Assembly (NCBI GenBank): GCA_951406725.2
Contig: OX597831.1
Location: 6,200,001 to 6,264,000 of the forward strand
Source of the DNA: Octopus vulgaris
Lineage: Eukaryota
Reading direction: 5' to 3'
DNA: 64,000 bases
Every line of letters begins with the position of its first letter. Within the stretch, counting starts at the first letter, position 1. The notes under the pieces were generated by a model that worked only from the letters and a program-made list of their open reading frames with translations, searched no databases and was not told the DNA's origin. Positions 52,375-63,989 of the stretch are shown here, in pieces. Position numbers and translations under genes: made by a program.

Positions 52375-52781
52375 GGATCTTTTCGGTTTGAACGGCAGTT
52401 TTTTAAAACAATTTCCACGTAACTAAACACTTTTAAACTTCGTATACTGGTAGAATGTGTTTATAAAACATCTTTTTCTCTTGGCTTTATTGAGAAAATT
52501 CTATAGTTTATAAGATATTTGTTGTTATTTTTCTTTAATTTCTGCAATTTCAACCAATCAATGACGTCTATTGAGCTGAAAACATTCTGTGCTGTATGGA
52601 TATGTCCCTCGGTTAAGAAACAGATTGGGTTTATTTACATTTCTGAAGAAAAAAGATACCCTTCCCCCACCCCTAACCCTAAAACATTGAAATGCAATAG
52701 ATCGATACTAGGGTCATAATTATGGGTGACATTTTCATATGACACCGCTAGAAAAAACTGCCGTTCAAACCGAAAAGATCC
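52375..52781. mobile_element. MITE with GG...CC TIRs and perfect 8-bp TSD, same family as 4283-4766
   Basis: GACACTTT|ggatcttttcggtttgaacggcagtttttt...aaaaaactgccgttcaaaccgaaaagatcc|GACACTTT; internal ccctaaccct. Confidence 0.9.
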
Positions 52782-52984
52782 GACACTTTTATATATTTCC
52801 TGGCAGTGTAGTTGAATAAGAGACTTGCCACTTTATAAAACTTTATTTTCTTTCTATATGGAACACCATTCTTTTTTCTTTAAACATTATAGAGAAGATT
52901 CAAATAGTTTCATGGACTCTAAAAATATACAGCATGAAGCGAATTTTATTTCCTAGTTCCCTACAACATCATTGTTTTTGGATA

Positions 52985-53334
52985 TGAGCACCTTTTCAAA
53001 CTCCACCTGTCTAACACCCGTGGACATGTTTACAAAGTAAGAAAACAGCACAGCTCCCATGACTTTAGGAAACATTTTTTTCACGCTGAGAGTTGCTGAA
53101 GCATGGAACAAACTGCCGGCATCAGTTGTTAGTTGTCGGAGCACTGCATCCTTCAAAACTTCCATGCTTCCTGAGATTCGCCAACACTACACCCGATTTT
53201 CTCCCCTCCATACACACGCAGTCATGTATCTGACTCATACACTGTTCGCTTTCCAGACATTTCTACATTACTGCATATGCTTTATATGCACTCTTGACAA
53301 GTTGTGGTGCACCTGAGCACTGTATACAATTATT

Positions 53335-53372
<38 letters not shown>
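52985..53372 (+). mobile_element. CR1-group LINE 3' end with (TTA)n tail
   Basis: FFTLRVAEAWNKLPASVVSCRSTASFK (FFxxRVxxxWNxLP motif); a related minus-strand 3' end lies at about 48775-48970. Confidence 0.8.
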
Positions 53373-53374
<2 letters not shown>

Positions 53375-54345
53375 CTTTCTTTCTTATTCATCATTTTGCC
53401 AATTAATTCAAAACTATGTGTGATGGAAGAAACATCCCTCTCCCCATAGTCATCATTTACTAAACACCAAACAGATCTTATCTACAGCAAGCAAACCAAA
53501 CAATGCATGGGATAAGCTCTGTTGTCAGGGCAACTGAATCAATACTCAAAACAGTAACAGTTTTCTAAATTGCTCACAACCCTCAGCAAGAATTTTATTT
53601 AGCAAACATTCTGCATGCATCTCTTGGTGTTTTTATTTTTCACATGTTTTAGTCATTGAACTGAGCCATGCTGGGGCATTGTCTTGAAGGGTTCTAATCA
53701 AATGAATTGACCCTAGTATTTTTTTTTTTAATGTTTATACCTGGTATATATATTCTATCACACTTTTTGCAGAACTGTTAAGTTAGAGGGACATAAACAA
53801 ACCAACACCGATTGTCAAGCAGTGGTGGTGGGGGGAAAGGCCCATTCACAAGGTTTTAGACAGTCCAGGGCTATTGTAGAAAATGCTTTCTCATGGTGCA
53901 ACACAGTGGGACTTGAACCTAGAACTATGTGGTTGGGAAGCAAACTTCTTACAGCAATAATATATACATATAGATCTATATATATAATAATATATACATA
54001 TATTCATGGCCGTTGCCAGCCTCGCCTGGCCCCTGTGCCGGTGGCACATAAAAAACACCATCCGAGCGTGGCTGTTCGCCAGCCTCGTCTGGCCCCTGTG
54101 TCGGTGGCACATAAAATCACCCACTACACTCTCGGAGTGGTTGGCGTTAGGAAGGGCATCCAGCTGTAGAAACACTGCCAGATCTGACTGGCCTGGTGCA
54201 GCCTTCGGGCTCCCCAGACCCCAGTTGAACCGTCCAACCCATGCTAGCATGGAAAGCGGACGTTAAATGATGATGATGATGATGATATCTATATATGAAT
54301 TTTTTTTGTGTAATGAGATAAAAAACCCAAGGCTGTATAGATATT

Positions 54346-54579
54346 AGAGCATTTATAGATAGAAGGTCTTACAGCTGTTTCTAGAATATTAATTAATAAT
54401 AATATCCCTTCATCGGAGACGGTGTGAGAGGAAAAATTAAGTCATAGTTAGTTTCAATTTGTATCACATCAAAACTAACTATGACTTAACCATCCTCTCA
54501 CACCGTCTCTGATGAAGGGATATTATTATTAATTAATATTCTAGAAACAGACGTAAAACCTTCTATCTATAAATGCTCT
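54346..54579. ncRNA. Fold-back carrying two inverted hammerhead motifs (54366-54420 minus; 54505-54559 plus)
   Basis: Consensus of the two arms: gtct-CTGATGA-agggatatt...aatattcta-GAAA-cagctg-TA-agac. The minus copy has CCGATGA; the plus copy has stem I and stem III changes. Confidence 0.75.
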
Positions 54580-54580
54580 C

Positions 54581-54681
54581 ACACCTACGTCTTTTATTGG
54601 ACTCCAAATCACTGGAAGGTCCCATGAATCTGTGGCCGGTATTACTTTAACTCGTTGACTGAATACAATATAAAGTAACAG
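54581..54681 (-). pseudogene. Partial duplicate of METTL24-like exon 2 including its 5' splice site
   Basis: 100/101 identical to 51511-51611. Confidence 0.92.
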
Positions 54682-56861
54682 CCAAGTGAAATCATAGTTT
54701 TGTGGTTGATGCAGGTGTCACATAACTGGCACCTGTGCAGGTGATACATAAAAGCACCCATGACAGTGGTACATAAAAAGTACCCATTACACTCTTGTAG
54801 TGGTTGGCATTAAGAAGGGCGTCCAGCCATAGAAACCATGCCAAGCCAGATTGGAACCTGGTGCAGCTCTCCAGCTTACCAGTTCCAGTCAAACTGTCCA
54901 ACCCATGACAGCTTGAAAAGCAGATGCCAAATGATGATGATGATGATGTCTAACCATACATACTCATTACTGCTTCCAGAAACAAACAACAGGCAGCCAG
55001 TATTAACTCACCTTGTCTGAATCACCAGCTTACAGAGGTTAGTGTTTTTCCCACCCACAATTTCCAATCATCATCATCATTTAACGTCCGCTTTCCATGC
55101 TAGCATGGGTTGGACGATTTTGACTGAGGGCTGGCGAACCAGATGGCTGCACCAGGCTCCAATCTTGATTTGGCAGAGTTTCTACAGTTGGATGCCCTTC
55201 CTAACACCAACCACTCCGAGAGTGTTGTGGGTACTTTTTACATGCCACCGGCACGGGGGCCAGTCAGGTGGTACTGACAACGACCTCACTCGAATTTCCA
55301 ATGTGGCTAACACAACAAACAACAGTATTAACCTCTGTATTCAACTGAATCAATAAGAGAACTTCTCTGTAGATGACAGATCAACCAATTCTCCCTCAAA
55401 TTACATGCCACTGTCTTAAAGGAGTATACATTGGCTGATGTTATAAGAAAAAAAAAAGACAGAATGGGCATGGATGGATTGCCTGTGATCAAAAGTCTGC
55501 TTAATCATGGCTAAAAAATAGCAATAACAACTAGTATTCAAACTCACACAGGGTACTCGGGTTCCAGAATTAAGGCTTAAGAATCAAAAGAAGAAGGCAG
55601 CAGGAGAAGCTGAATGGCTCAAGTGGCTATTTATGCAACCTCATGATCTTCCATAAATAACAAGACAAATCTACCTTAAATCATACTCAACTATCTTCAC
55701 AGAAATACCTGTGATCAAAGGTCTGCTCAATCAGAAGCCACCTTGATTAACGAGCAAGAAATACAACTGAACATAAAGACAGAGTTGAATCAATTGAGAT
55801 TGATGTGTAAAGATGAAAAAATGCTAGCTTTAAGCATAACTCTGTAGCAAGTGTTGGTAAGGCTGTGGTTAACAAACTTCCTTTGTAACCACAACGTTTC
55901 AGGTTCAGTCCCACTGTACAGTGCCTTAAGAAAGTGTCTTCTACCATAGCCCCAGACCAACCAATGCCTTGTGAGTGAATTTGGTAAACAGAAACTGTGT
56001 AGAAGCCTAGCATGTATGTGTGTGCGTATGTGATCCCTCTACCACTTGACAACCGGTGTTGGTTTGTTTACATCTCTGTAGCTTAGTGATTCAGCAAGAG
56101 AAATGCAGAAGTACCAGACTTTTAAAAAAATAAGTACTGGGGTCAATTTGTTCAAATAAACCCGTAAAGGTGGCGCCCCAGCATGGCCGCAATCCAATGA
56201 CTAAAACCAGGAAAAGATAAAAGATACAGCTGAGTGAAAGGAGGAAGGAAGGCTTGTGTCGTTTTGCAACAAACTGGACATTACTAAAAGCAGCTCAGGT
56301 CCAGCCGATGGTAATTAATGTGGGCTAAGTCCATCACCCAAAAGACTTCTTATAGTTTGCTCTCGATCAACTTTCAGTTACAACAATTTGGTAGAAGATA
56401 GTTACTGTAGGTGTAATAGAAATTGAACCCTAAACTAATTGGTGGAGTTTGGGAATAGTTATCTCATGAAACCCCATACCCCAACGAAAAGGAAAGGGGA
56501 CGGATGTGGAGAGAAAAATATTTGTCTTTCAGAAACGTAATTTCCATTGTATGAAAAACAATGAAAATTACGCTTTTCTTTCCCACAGGTATGGGATTCG
56601 AGGGATAGCTTGTAGTCCAAGTTTTGTAAATATATCCCAGTATGTTACTAAATATAAATACGGGCTTAATGTAGTTCAGTAGTATCAAAATCCATAAATG
56701 TTTGAAAATCGTCTCCTTTCACACTGATAATCATTAATTTTGACCAGGTTGTACGTCTTGGTGACCAAGAAGGGAAATCGGAACGTAGTTTTCAAATTAC
56801 GGATTTCTCTTCAGGATTAATTTACGTAAGAAAAAAATTAAAAGACTATATACACAGTCAC

Positions 56862-56913
<52 letters not shown>

Positions 56914-57104
56914 CAAAACAGCATGATTAGGATTCCGCATTAGCACGGAATCCGATCAAACTGCTTTGAATTATATATGTAACTCCCAATAAATATGTTG
57001 AGGCGCCCTTTCTTTCGTTTGTCTACTCTCTCTCTCTCTCTCTCTCATACATATACATATATATATATATATGTGTATATGAAGCGCTTTTAATCATTCG
57101 TTAC

Positions 57105-57119
57105 CTTTATGTTTTCCAT
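57105..57119 (-). CDS. METTL24-like: METTL24-like exon 1 coding part (MENIK)
   Basis: aacATGgaaaacataaag|gtaacg; phase 0 joins exon 2 and gives a 972-nt CDS (323 aa). Very short, so less certain than the other exons. Confidence 0.6.
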
Positions 57120-57417
57120 GTTACTTAGACGACTTCTTTTTCCCCATTACAGATGAGGAAGTGTAAATAACAAGTCATGATTAAAATTTTGTCGAATGAC
57201 TACGTGGAAATTAAAGGTAACAAGACCTCCCTCTCTCTCTCCCTCTCTGAAACACACACATACAACACAAATAAATGAATGAAGGACAATATCACTATGT
57301 AGGTTTCTGTGCCGTTAACGCCTGAGAGAGAGAGAGAAAGAGAGATGTATACAAATGTAAAGGTGGGTGCTACACAGGTAATAGCTATCAACATTTAAAA
57401 ATACGAAGAGCATTTGA

Positions 57418-57454
<37 letters not shown>

Positions 57455-58084
57455 CACTGGAGAAACTCTTTCAAAAGTATTCCGCAATTCCGTAAAATTT
57501 TTTTTATTTCTTTAATTTTTTTTTCACCCAAATCCTTTATGTGTTTTTTTGTTTATGTGTGTGTGTGTGTGTGTAAGTGTTGCACATAAATATACTTACA
57601 CACACCATACATAAACACACAGAGAAAAAAATAAACGATTCAGGTGAAAAAAAAAAATGAAGTAAAATAAGGTGAACGGAAATTGCAGATTAAATAGTTT
57701 CACTTTTGATAGACTGCTCTCACTCACACACTTTGCCTAATCGCAGTGGCCGTAAATCCATTGCATTGAATGGCTATACACAAATTAATAACAGGTGTGC
57801 AGGTGATTATCAATTATGCTATATATTTCTAAATGAAAACAATTACGACAGCAAATTACAATGAAAGAATAAATGTGAGCATACTCGTAGAATAATACCA
57901 AACAGCCGCATTGGAATTTTTTTTCAAGAATTAATTATTACAGGTGTGTTATAACATAACAAGCCCTTCTTAGTTTTACCGGTGATAGATCAACAAAAAT
58001 TCCTTTTTACTTTAAATACCGTTTAATAACTTTATAGAGAAAGCGGGATAGTAGTTACTAATAGTATAATAATAATAATTATAT

Positions 58085-59030
58085 ATTTCTTTATTGCCCA
58101 CAAGGGGCTAAATACAGAGGGGACAAACAAGGACAGACAAAGGGATTAAGTCGATTACATCGACCCCAGTGCGCAACTGGTACTTTATTTATCGACCCTG
58201 AAAGGATGAAAGGCAAAGTCGACCTCGGCGGAATTCGACTTTGCCGTTCATCCTTTCGGGGTCGATAAATAAAGTACCAGTTGCGCACTGGAGTCGATGT
58301 AATAATAATAATAATAATAATAATTTCTTTTAATAATAATTTTTAGAAGGGATCACGACCAGAAATTTTAAGCGAAGATATGGTTGATTAGATCGACACC
58401 AGTAGTTCACTGATATTTATTTTATCAAAGGCGGCGAGCTGGCAGAAACGTTAGCACGCCGGGCGAAATGCTTAGCAGTATTTCGTCTGCCGCTACGTTG
58501 CGAGTTCAAATTCCGCCGAGGTCGACTTTGCCTTTCATCCTTTCGGGGTCGATTAAATAAGTACCAGTTACGTACTGGGGTCGATACAATCGACTTAATC
58601 CGTTTGTCTGTCCTTGTTTGTCCTCTCTGTGTTTAGCCCCTTGGGGGTAGTAAAGAAATAAGTATTTCGTCTGCCATTACGTTCTGAGTTCAAATTCCGC
58701 TGAGGTTGATTTTACCTTTCATCCTTTCAGGGTTGATAAATTAAGTACCAGTTACGCACTGGAGTCGATGTAATCGACTTCATCCGTTTGTCTGTCCTTG
58801 TTTGTTCCCTCTATGTTTAGCCCCTTGTGGGCAGTAAAGAAATAAGAAATGTTAGCACACCGGGTGAAATGCTTAGTGCTGCTACATTCTTAGTTCAAAT
58901 TCTGCTGAGGACGACTTTGCTTTTCATCCTTTCGGGATCGATAAATTAGGTACCAATTGCGTACTGGAGTCGATCTACTGGCCACCTCCCTGAAAATTTT
59001 GCACCTTGTGCCTAGAGTGGAAAAGGATAT
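58085..59030. mobile_element. Cluster of SINE family B copies, including a self-inverted copy (58155-58302)
   Basis: A minus copy folds back at ggcggaattcgactttgcc; three plus copies lie at 58429-59030. Confidence 0.85.
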
Positions 59031-59491
59031 TTAGTTTATCAGCCCTTGAAAGGTGAAGACTAAGTCAACCCTGGGCGGAATTTGAGATCAGAATACAAAG
59101 AGAAACTTGTTTTTATATTAATTTTTTGCTTTTAATTCCAAATTAACGAATGAGTTTTTAAATGAAACTGTATCGTATAATTTTGTAAAGTCATACAGCA
59201 ATGTTTTACTCGTTACAAACTTTACCACTACAAATATTTTATTTAAGCTTAGAACCACTAATTAACATTGAAACAATAGAATTGGGCAACATTGCTACTT
59301 TTCGTCAGACCCCTCTCAGCAGGAATCAAAATCAATTGTAAACTGTACAGAAAATGGAGAACAGAAATGGAATAGAAAAGTATTAGTAGTATAATATAAA
59401 CATAAGACTTTGCTATCACTTCCTTGTTTATATTCTCAGGATATGGCTAGTAATACAGCTACTGACATTAACATCCTCGTCCTAAATAAGT

Positions 59492-59688
59492 GAATCCAGG
59501 TAAAAAAAAAGTCACAGGAAAAAAAGTCACAGGGAAAAAGGTCACAGAGGCTTTGTCCAGGGGTGGGGGTTGTCCAAAGGGGTTTTGTCTGAATCCCATA
59601 AATTAATTGTGGCTTTTTTCCTGTCACTTTATTACCAGCCACCATAAATTAATTGACTTTTTTTCCTGTGACTTTATTACCAGTCACT
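59492..59688. mobile_element. Small non-autonomous DNA element with subterminal aaaaaagtcacagg repeats
   Basis: Three direct aaaagtcacag repeats on the left and inverted cctgtgacttt repeats on the right. Confidence 0.5.
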
Positions 59689-59891
59689 GAATAAACTACC
59701 CAGAAATAGCTACGTTAATTAGGAACAGCCCTCAACCCCAGGGAATGAGAGAATTATGTAATAAATGTAACGAGTACTGAGAAAATGGGAAGTGCTAATT
59801 ATCTCCACATTTCCACCAATTCTGTATAACAATGATAGTGGTTTCTTCATAGTCATTCAATGTTAGCAATAGCAGCTAAATCCCTCTTTAA

Positions 59892-60113
59892 CCCTTTTGT
59901 TAACATATTTCTGTTGAGATGCTCTGTGTTCCTTTCAATTAATTTCAAATATAACAAAGAATTTAGTAAAATAACTTAGTTATCATTAAGCTGGTGTTAG
60001 GAATATAAACTGTGACTAAGGTTTGGTGGAAGATTTTAATTCAAAACTTACAAAAACAAGACATTTGTACTACACAGTAAGAGGCGGTTTCAGCCAGGTC
60101 AGTAATGAAAGGT
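59892..60113. mobile_element. piggyBac-type MITE (second family)
   Basis: TTAA|cccttttgtta...taatgaaaggt|TTAA. Confidence 0.65.
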
Positions 60114-60158
60114 TTAATCTAACCCCCTCCACATATATACACTGTCTTTTAAAAGGAG

Positions 60159-62170
60159 TGCAGCATACACCCGAGTGAAATTCCTCTCCCCCTTTATTCT
60201 ATGTATGTGCATTTGAAGGTAACAGTTAACAGCTAGCCTTTGGCCGCTATTTGGGCCTCATTGTGTCCATTATTCCGATTGGTTGGTACCGGCACAATTT
60301 GTCTCTTACTTTGTCATGCCAATCCGTAGTGTATAACCAATTGGGGCCTCAAAATAAAATCACATGAGACATCCTGTTCTCAACCCAGTTTTGAGCCTAC
60401 AGCTTCTCCTTATAAAAACCCAGCTTCTCCTTATCTCGATGTCTTTGGTTTCAAACCTTTTAAAGTCGTACGTCTAGCCATTGACCACACAAGACACAGC
60501 CAGTCCCAGCAACAACACAACAGCAGACACGTTGAGATTTACCAGCTTCGTCCAACAGCATCAAGTCAATCTCTTCATTGCCACCATCACCTTCTTAATG
60601 TCGTCAACATCATCTCCCTCTATGTACACAACTCAACAAGCAACTTGCCCAGATTCCAATACTTCATTGTTCGTGAATTACTTCACCATGGATCAACAAC
60701 AAACATACAACTTGCAAGAACTCCTGTACCAAGTGACTGATGCAGCAGTATTATAGCCACAACTTCACGTACGACATATACCACAACTGGCTCAGTATCA
60801 TGGTTGCAACTTCTTGATACAGTATTTCAATTATGTGTACAATTGACTACAAACTGGTATTTCTAATTCTTGTTTCTATGAACATTTGTCTAACTTCTCA
60901 TTATAAACCCTTTCACTGTCTCCTTCTTCATAGCTATTCTTAATGTACTTAACTCACACACATACATCCATGCCTATATACACATACATTTTGTTCTCAT
61001 GACAGCCTGTTTATTATTCTGAATACACGACGCACACACAGACACACATATTAACATATCAATAAACCTTCTCTTAAACATTCTACTTGGTTGTGTCTCT
61101 CTATTTCCCTCTGGCACATACATATGCATAATTCATTTTATATTTATTGTAAGGTGTGTGTGATGTACCTGAGACTCATTCTCATCACTTTGCATTACGA
61201 ATTGGTGACCCGACTTAAAATACGTGTTCCTTTCCATAGTTCAGTACCAACTTTCATTTTACTTTAATGACCAACCGTTCTTTCTAACTTCACCTCTTCA
61301 CTACAGAAACATCTTCCTTTCATCATCTATTTTGTCTCCCACAAAATGATTGGTGAGGGGGCTATCTGTAGTGTACGCTTGAGTGAAATTCCTCCTTCCC
61401 CTTTATTATATATACGTGTATTTGAACATAGCAGGTAACAGCTAGCTTTTGGCCTCTATTTGGACCCCGTTGTGTCCACTACTCTGATTGGTTTGTATTG
61501 GCACAATTTGTCTCTTGCTCTGTCACACCAATATGCAGCGTATAAGCAATCAGTGCCACTAAATATAATCACATGAGTTTGCAGCCCTTTATAAAAACTC
61601 AGCTTTTCCTTATCTTGATGTCTTTGGTTTCAGACCTTTTAAGGTCTAACCACCGACCACACAAGACACATCCAGCTCCAGCAACAACAGAACAGCAACC
61701 ACAGTGAAGGCACAATGGCCCGATTGTTAGGGCAGCGGACTCGCGGTCGGAGGATCGCGGTTTCGATTCCCAGATCAGGCGTTGTGTGTGTTTATTAAGC
61801 GAAAACGCCTAAAGCTCCACAAGGCTCTGGCAGGGTGTATTGGCGACCCCTGTTGTACTCTTTTGCCCCAACTTTCTCTCACTCTTTCTTCCTGTTTCTT
61901 GTCACTGACTTCCTACGCAACCGCTGAGCCTGGATGCGCATTCATTCATCCGTCGATGCTCTTGGTGTCGGGGGTTGACCTGCTTTCTCTTCTGCAGGTC
62001 TTACAAATAGCAAAGGACCACATTTCGGACTTCTCCCATCTTGCGAGCTCTGGGACGAAGACCACTTCGCTCAACAGCAACCACATTGAGACTTACCAAC
62101 TTCATCCAATAGCATTATGGCAATCTCTTTCTTTGTTGCCACCATCATCTTAACGTCAACAACATCATCG
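60159..62170 (+). mobile_element. Non-autonomous LTR retroelement: LTR of about 1040 bp, PBS, short internal region, PPT and a truncated second LTR
   Basis: LTR1 60159-61199 (TATAAAA at about 60411, AATAAA at 61061); PBS tggtgacccgac 61203-61214; PPT ggtgaggggg 61352-61361; LTR2 from 61367 is co-linear with LTR1 and interrupted by SINE D. Confidence 0.8.
61707..62085 (+). mobile_element. SINE family D inserted in LTR2
   Basis: tRNA-like head as at 30229; its 3' part is also found at 11196-11270. Confidence 0.75.
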
Positions 62171-62436
62171 CATGGGCCTTACAGGAGCTTCACTTTGGAT
62201 AAAGTTGTCATGATTACACTATATGAACAAGATAGAATTGTCATAGATAGAATATCTTTGATCATAGGCCTGTAAATGTGAGGCTGGTAGATGCCATTAC
62301 CGCTTGCATTTGAGCTGATTGTCTTACTGCTATGAGCTGTATATGACTGCTGACATGTCTGGTGTTGGAGGTCAAGTTGTACATAAAAGAAAATGATGAA
62401 ATCTGTTAAGATTTTTATGAACAAACTTTTATTCTT

Positions 62437-62883
62437 GTGACTGGCATCCGTTGCTAGTGGAGCACTAAGAGTACCATACGAGTGAGATCGTTGCCAGAGC
62501 AACAAACTGGCCTTCGTGCCAATGGCATGTTTAAGCACACCATTCGAGTGTGATCGTTACCGCATCGCCTTACTAGCACTTGTGCTGGTGGCACGGGAAA
62601 CATTCGAGTGAGGTCGTCGCCAGTGCCGCTGGACTGGCTCCTGTGCAGGTGGCACATAAAAAGCACCATTTGGGCATGGCCGTTGCCAGTACCACCAAAC
62701 TGGCCCTCGTGCCAGTGGCACATAAAAGCACCAATACACTCTCAGAGTGGTTGGCGTTAGGAGAGGCATCTAGCTGTAGAAACTCTGCCAGATCAGATTG
62801 GAGTCTGGTTCGTCAGACTTCAATCAAATCGTCCAACCCATGCTAGCATGGAAAGCAGACGTTAAATGATGATGATGATGATG
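62437..62883 (+). mobile_element. SINE family C, long form
   Basis: Co-linear with 38775-39215. Confidence 0.85.
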
Positions 62884-62884
62884 T

Positions 62885-63660
62885 TTCTGGGAAAATTTCA
62901 CTCAATCTTACCTTAGGCTGCAACAAGTTCGGGTCAATGTCTTCGCCTGTGTAGTAGACATCTCTCCTGTACATGTCCCTTAACTTGTGATAATTCTCCT
63001 TCAACATGACAGGGCAACATCTTACCCTTAGGCGTAACCCCTCGCAATCCTTCGTGTCCACCTCTATATCAGAGTTCACCATCTCAAATCCTCTTTCACT
63101 GAAACCCTAGTACTGTTGTACAAAAGGACAAGGTACCCCTCCCTGAATAGGGGATTGGAAACTTGTGGCTCTTGCGTGTTTACACCATTTGTGTTCATGT
63201 CTGGTGGGGTAAGGAGAGGGCTGGTGTCTGAAGTGGGGTGGAGGTTGGGGTATGGAGCAAGAGGTGGGGACGGGAATGGGTTGGGGCTTTTCCTCACTCA
63301 TTTGCTGCTTTCTTCCTTTCCTCTTCTTCCTGCCCACCTCTGTCCATTCTATTGATTTTTCCTTTTGTACTCCAGGTTCCTTGCTTCCATCCTTCTCAGT
63401 TCTTGATGTTATGACTGTCAGAAATGCAGTCTCCACTGGATCTTCTTTTGGTCCCTCTATGGTGGGGAGAGCAGTTGGCTCTTATGTGTCCCAACTGTCC
63501 GCAGGTGTAGCACCTCGGCCTCCTGCCTTCCATCACAACCCTAAGCCTCACCTCATCTCCCACTGTTATCATGCTTTCTGCCAAGTGAAGAAGAATGGCC
63601 CTGCTTGATGCGTTAAAAAGGTGTTGGTAGAAATTCTTTCCAGTGTACTCAGTGAAAACT
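62885..63660 (-). mobile_element. Retrotransposon ORF1/gag-like fragment with CCHC zinc knuckle
   Basis: VVMEGRRPRCYTCGQLGHIRANC and EWTEVGRKKRK; frameshifted. Confidence 0.7.
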
Positions 63661-63709
63661 ATGGACACTCAAGTGCTTTGTTTGATGGAGATGTGTAGGA
63701 GCAATAAAT

Positions 63710-63989
63710 GTGGCCGTTGCCAGCGCCGCCCTGACTGGCCTCCATGCCGGTGGCACGTAAAAAGCACCATCCGATCATGGCCGTTTGCCAGCCTTGCCTG
63801 GCACCTGTGCAGGTGGCACATAAAAAGCACCCACTACACTCTCGGAGTGGTTGGCGTTAGGAAGGGTATCCAGCTGTAAAAATATTGCCAGATCAGACTG
63901 GGCCTGGCGCAGCCTCCTGGCTTCCCAGACCCCAGTTGAACCGTCCAACCCATGCTAGCATGGAAAACGGACGTTAAACGATGATGATC
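63710..63989 (+). mobile_element. SINE family C
   Basis: Same tail as the other family C copies. Confidence 0.85.

Noticed and set aside
56776-56818. Minus-strand aatc-CTGAAGA-gaaatccgtaattt-GAAA-actacgt-TC-c-gatt hammerhead-like string
   Set aside because: An extra nucleotide follows the cleavage triplet and stems I and II are weak; compatible with chance.
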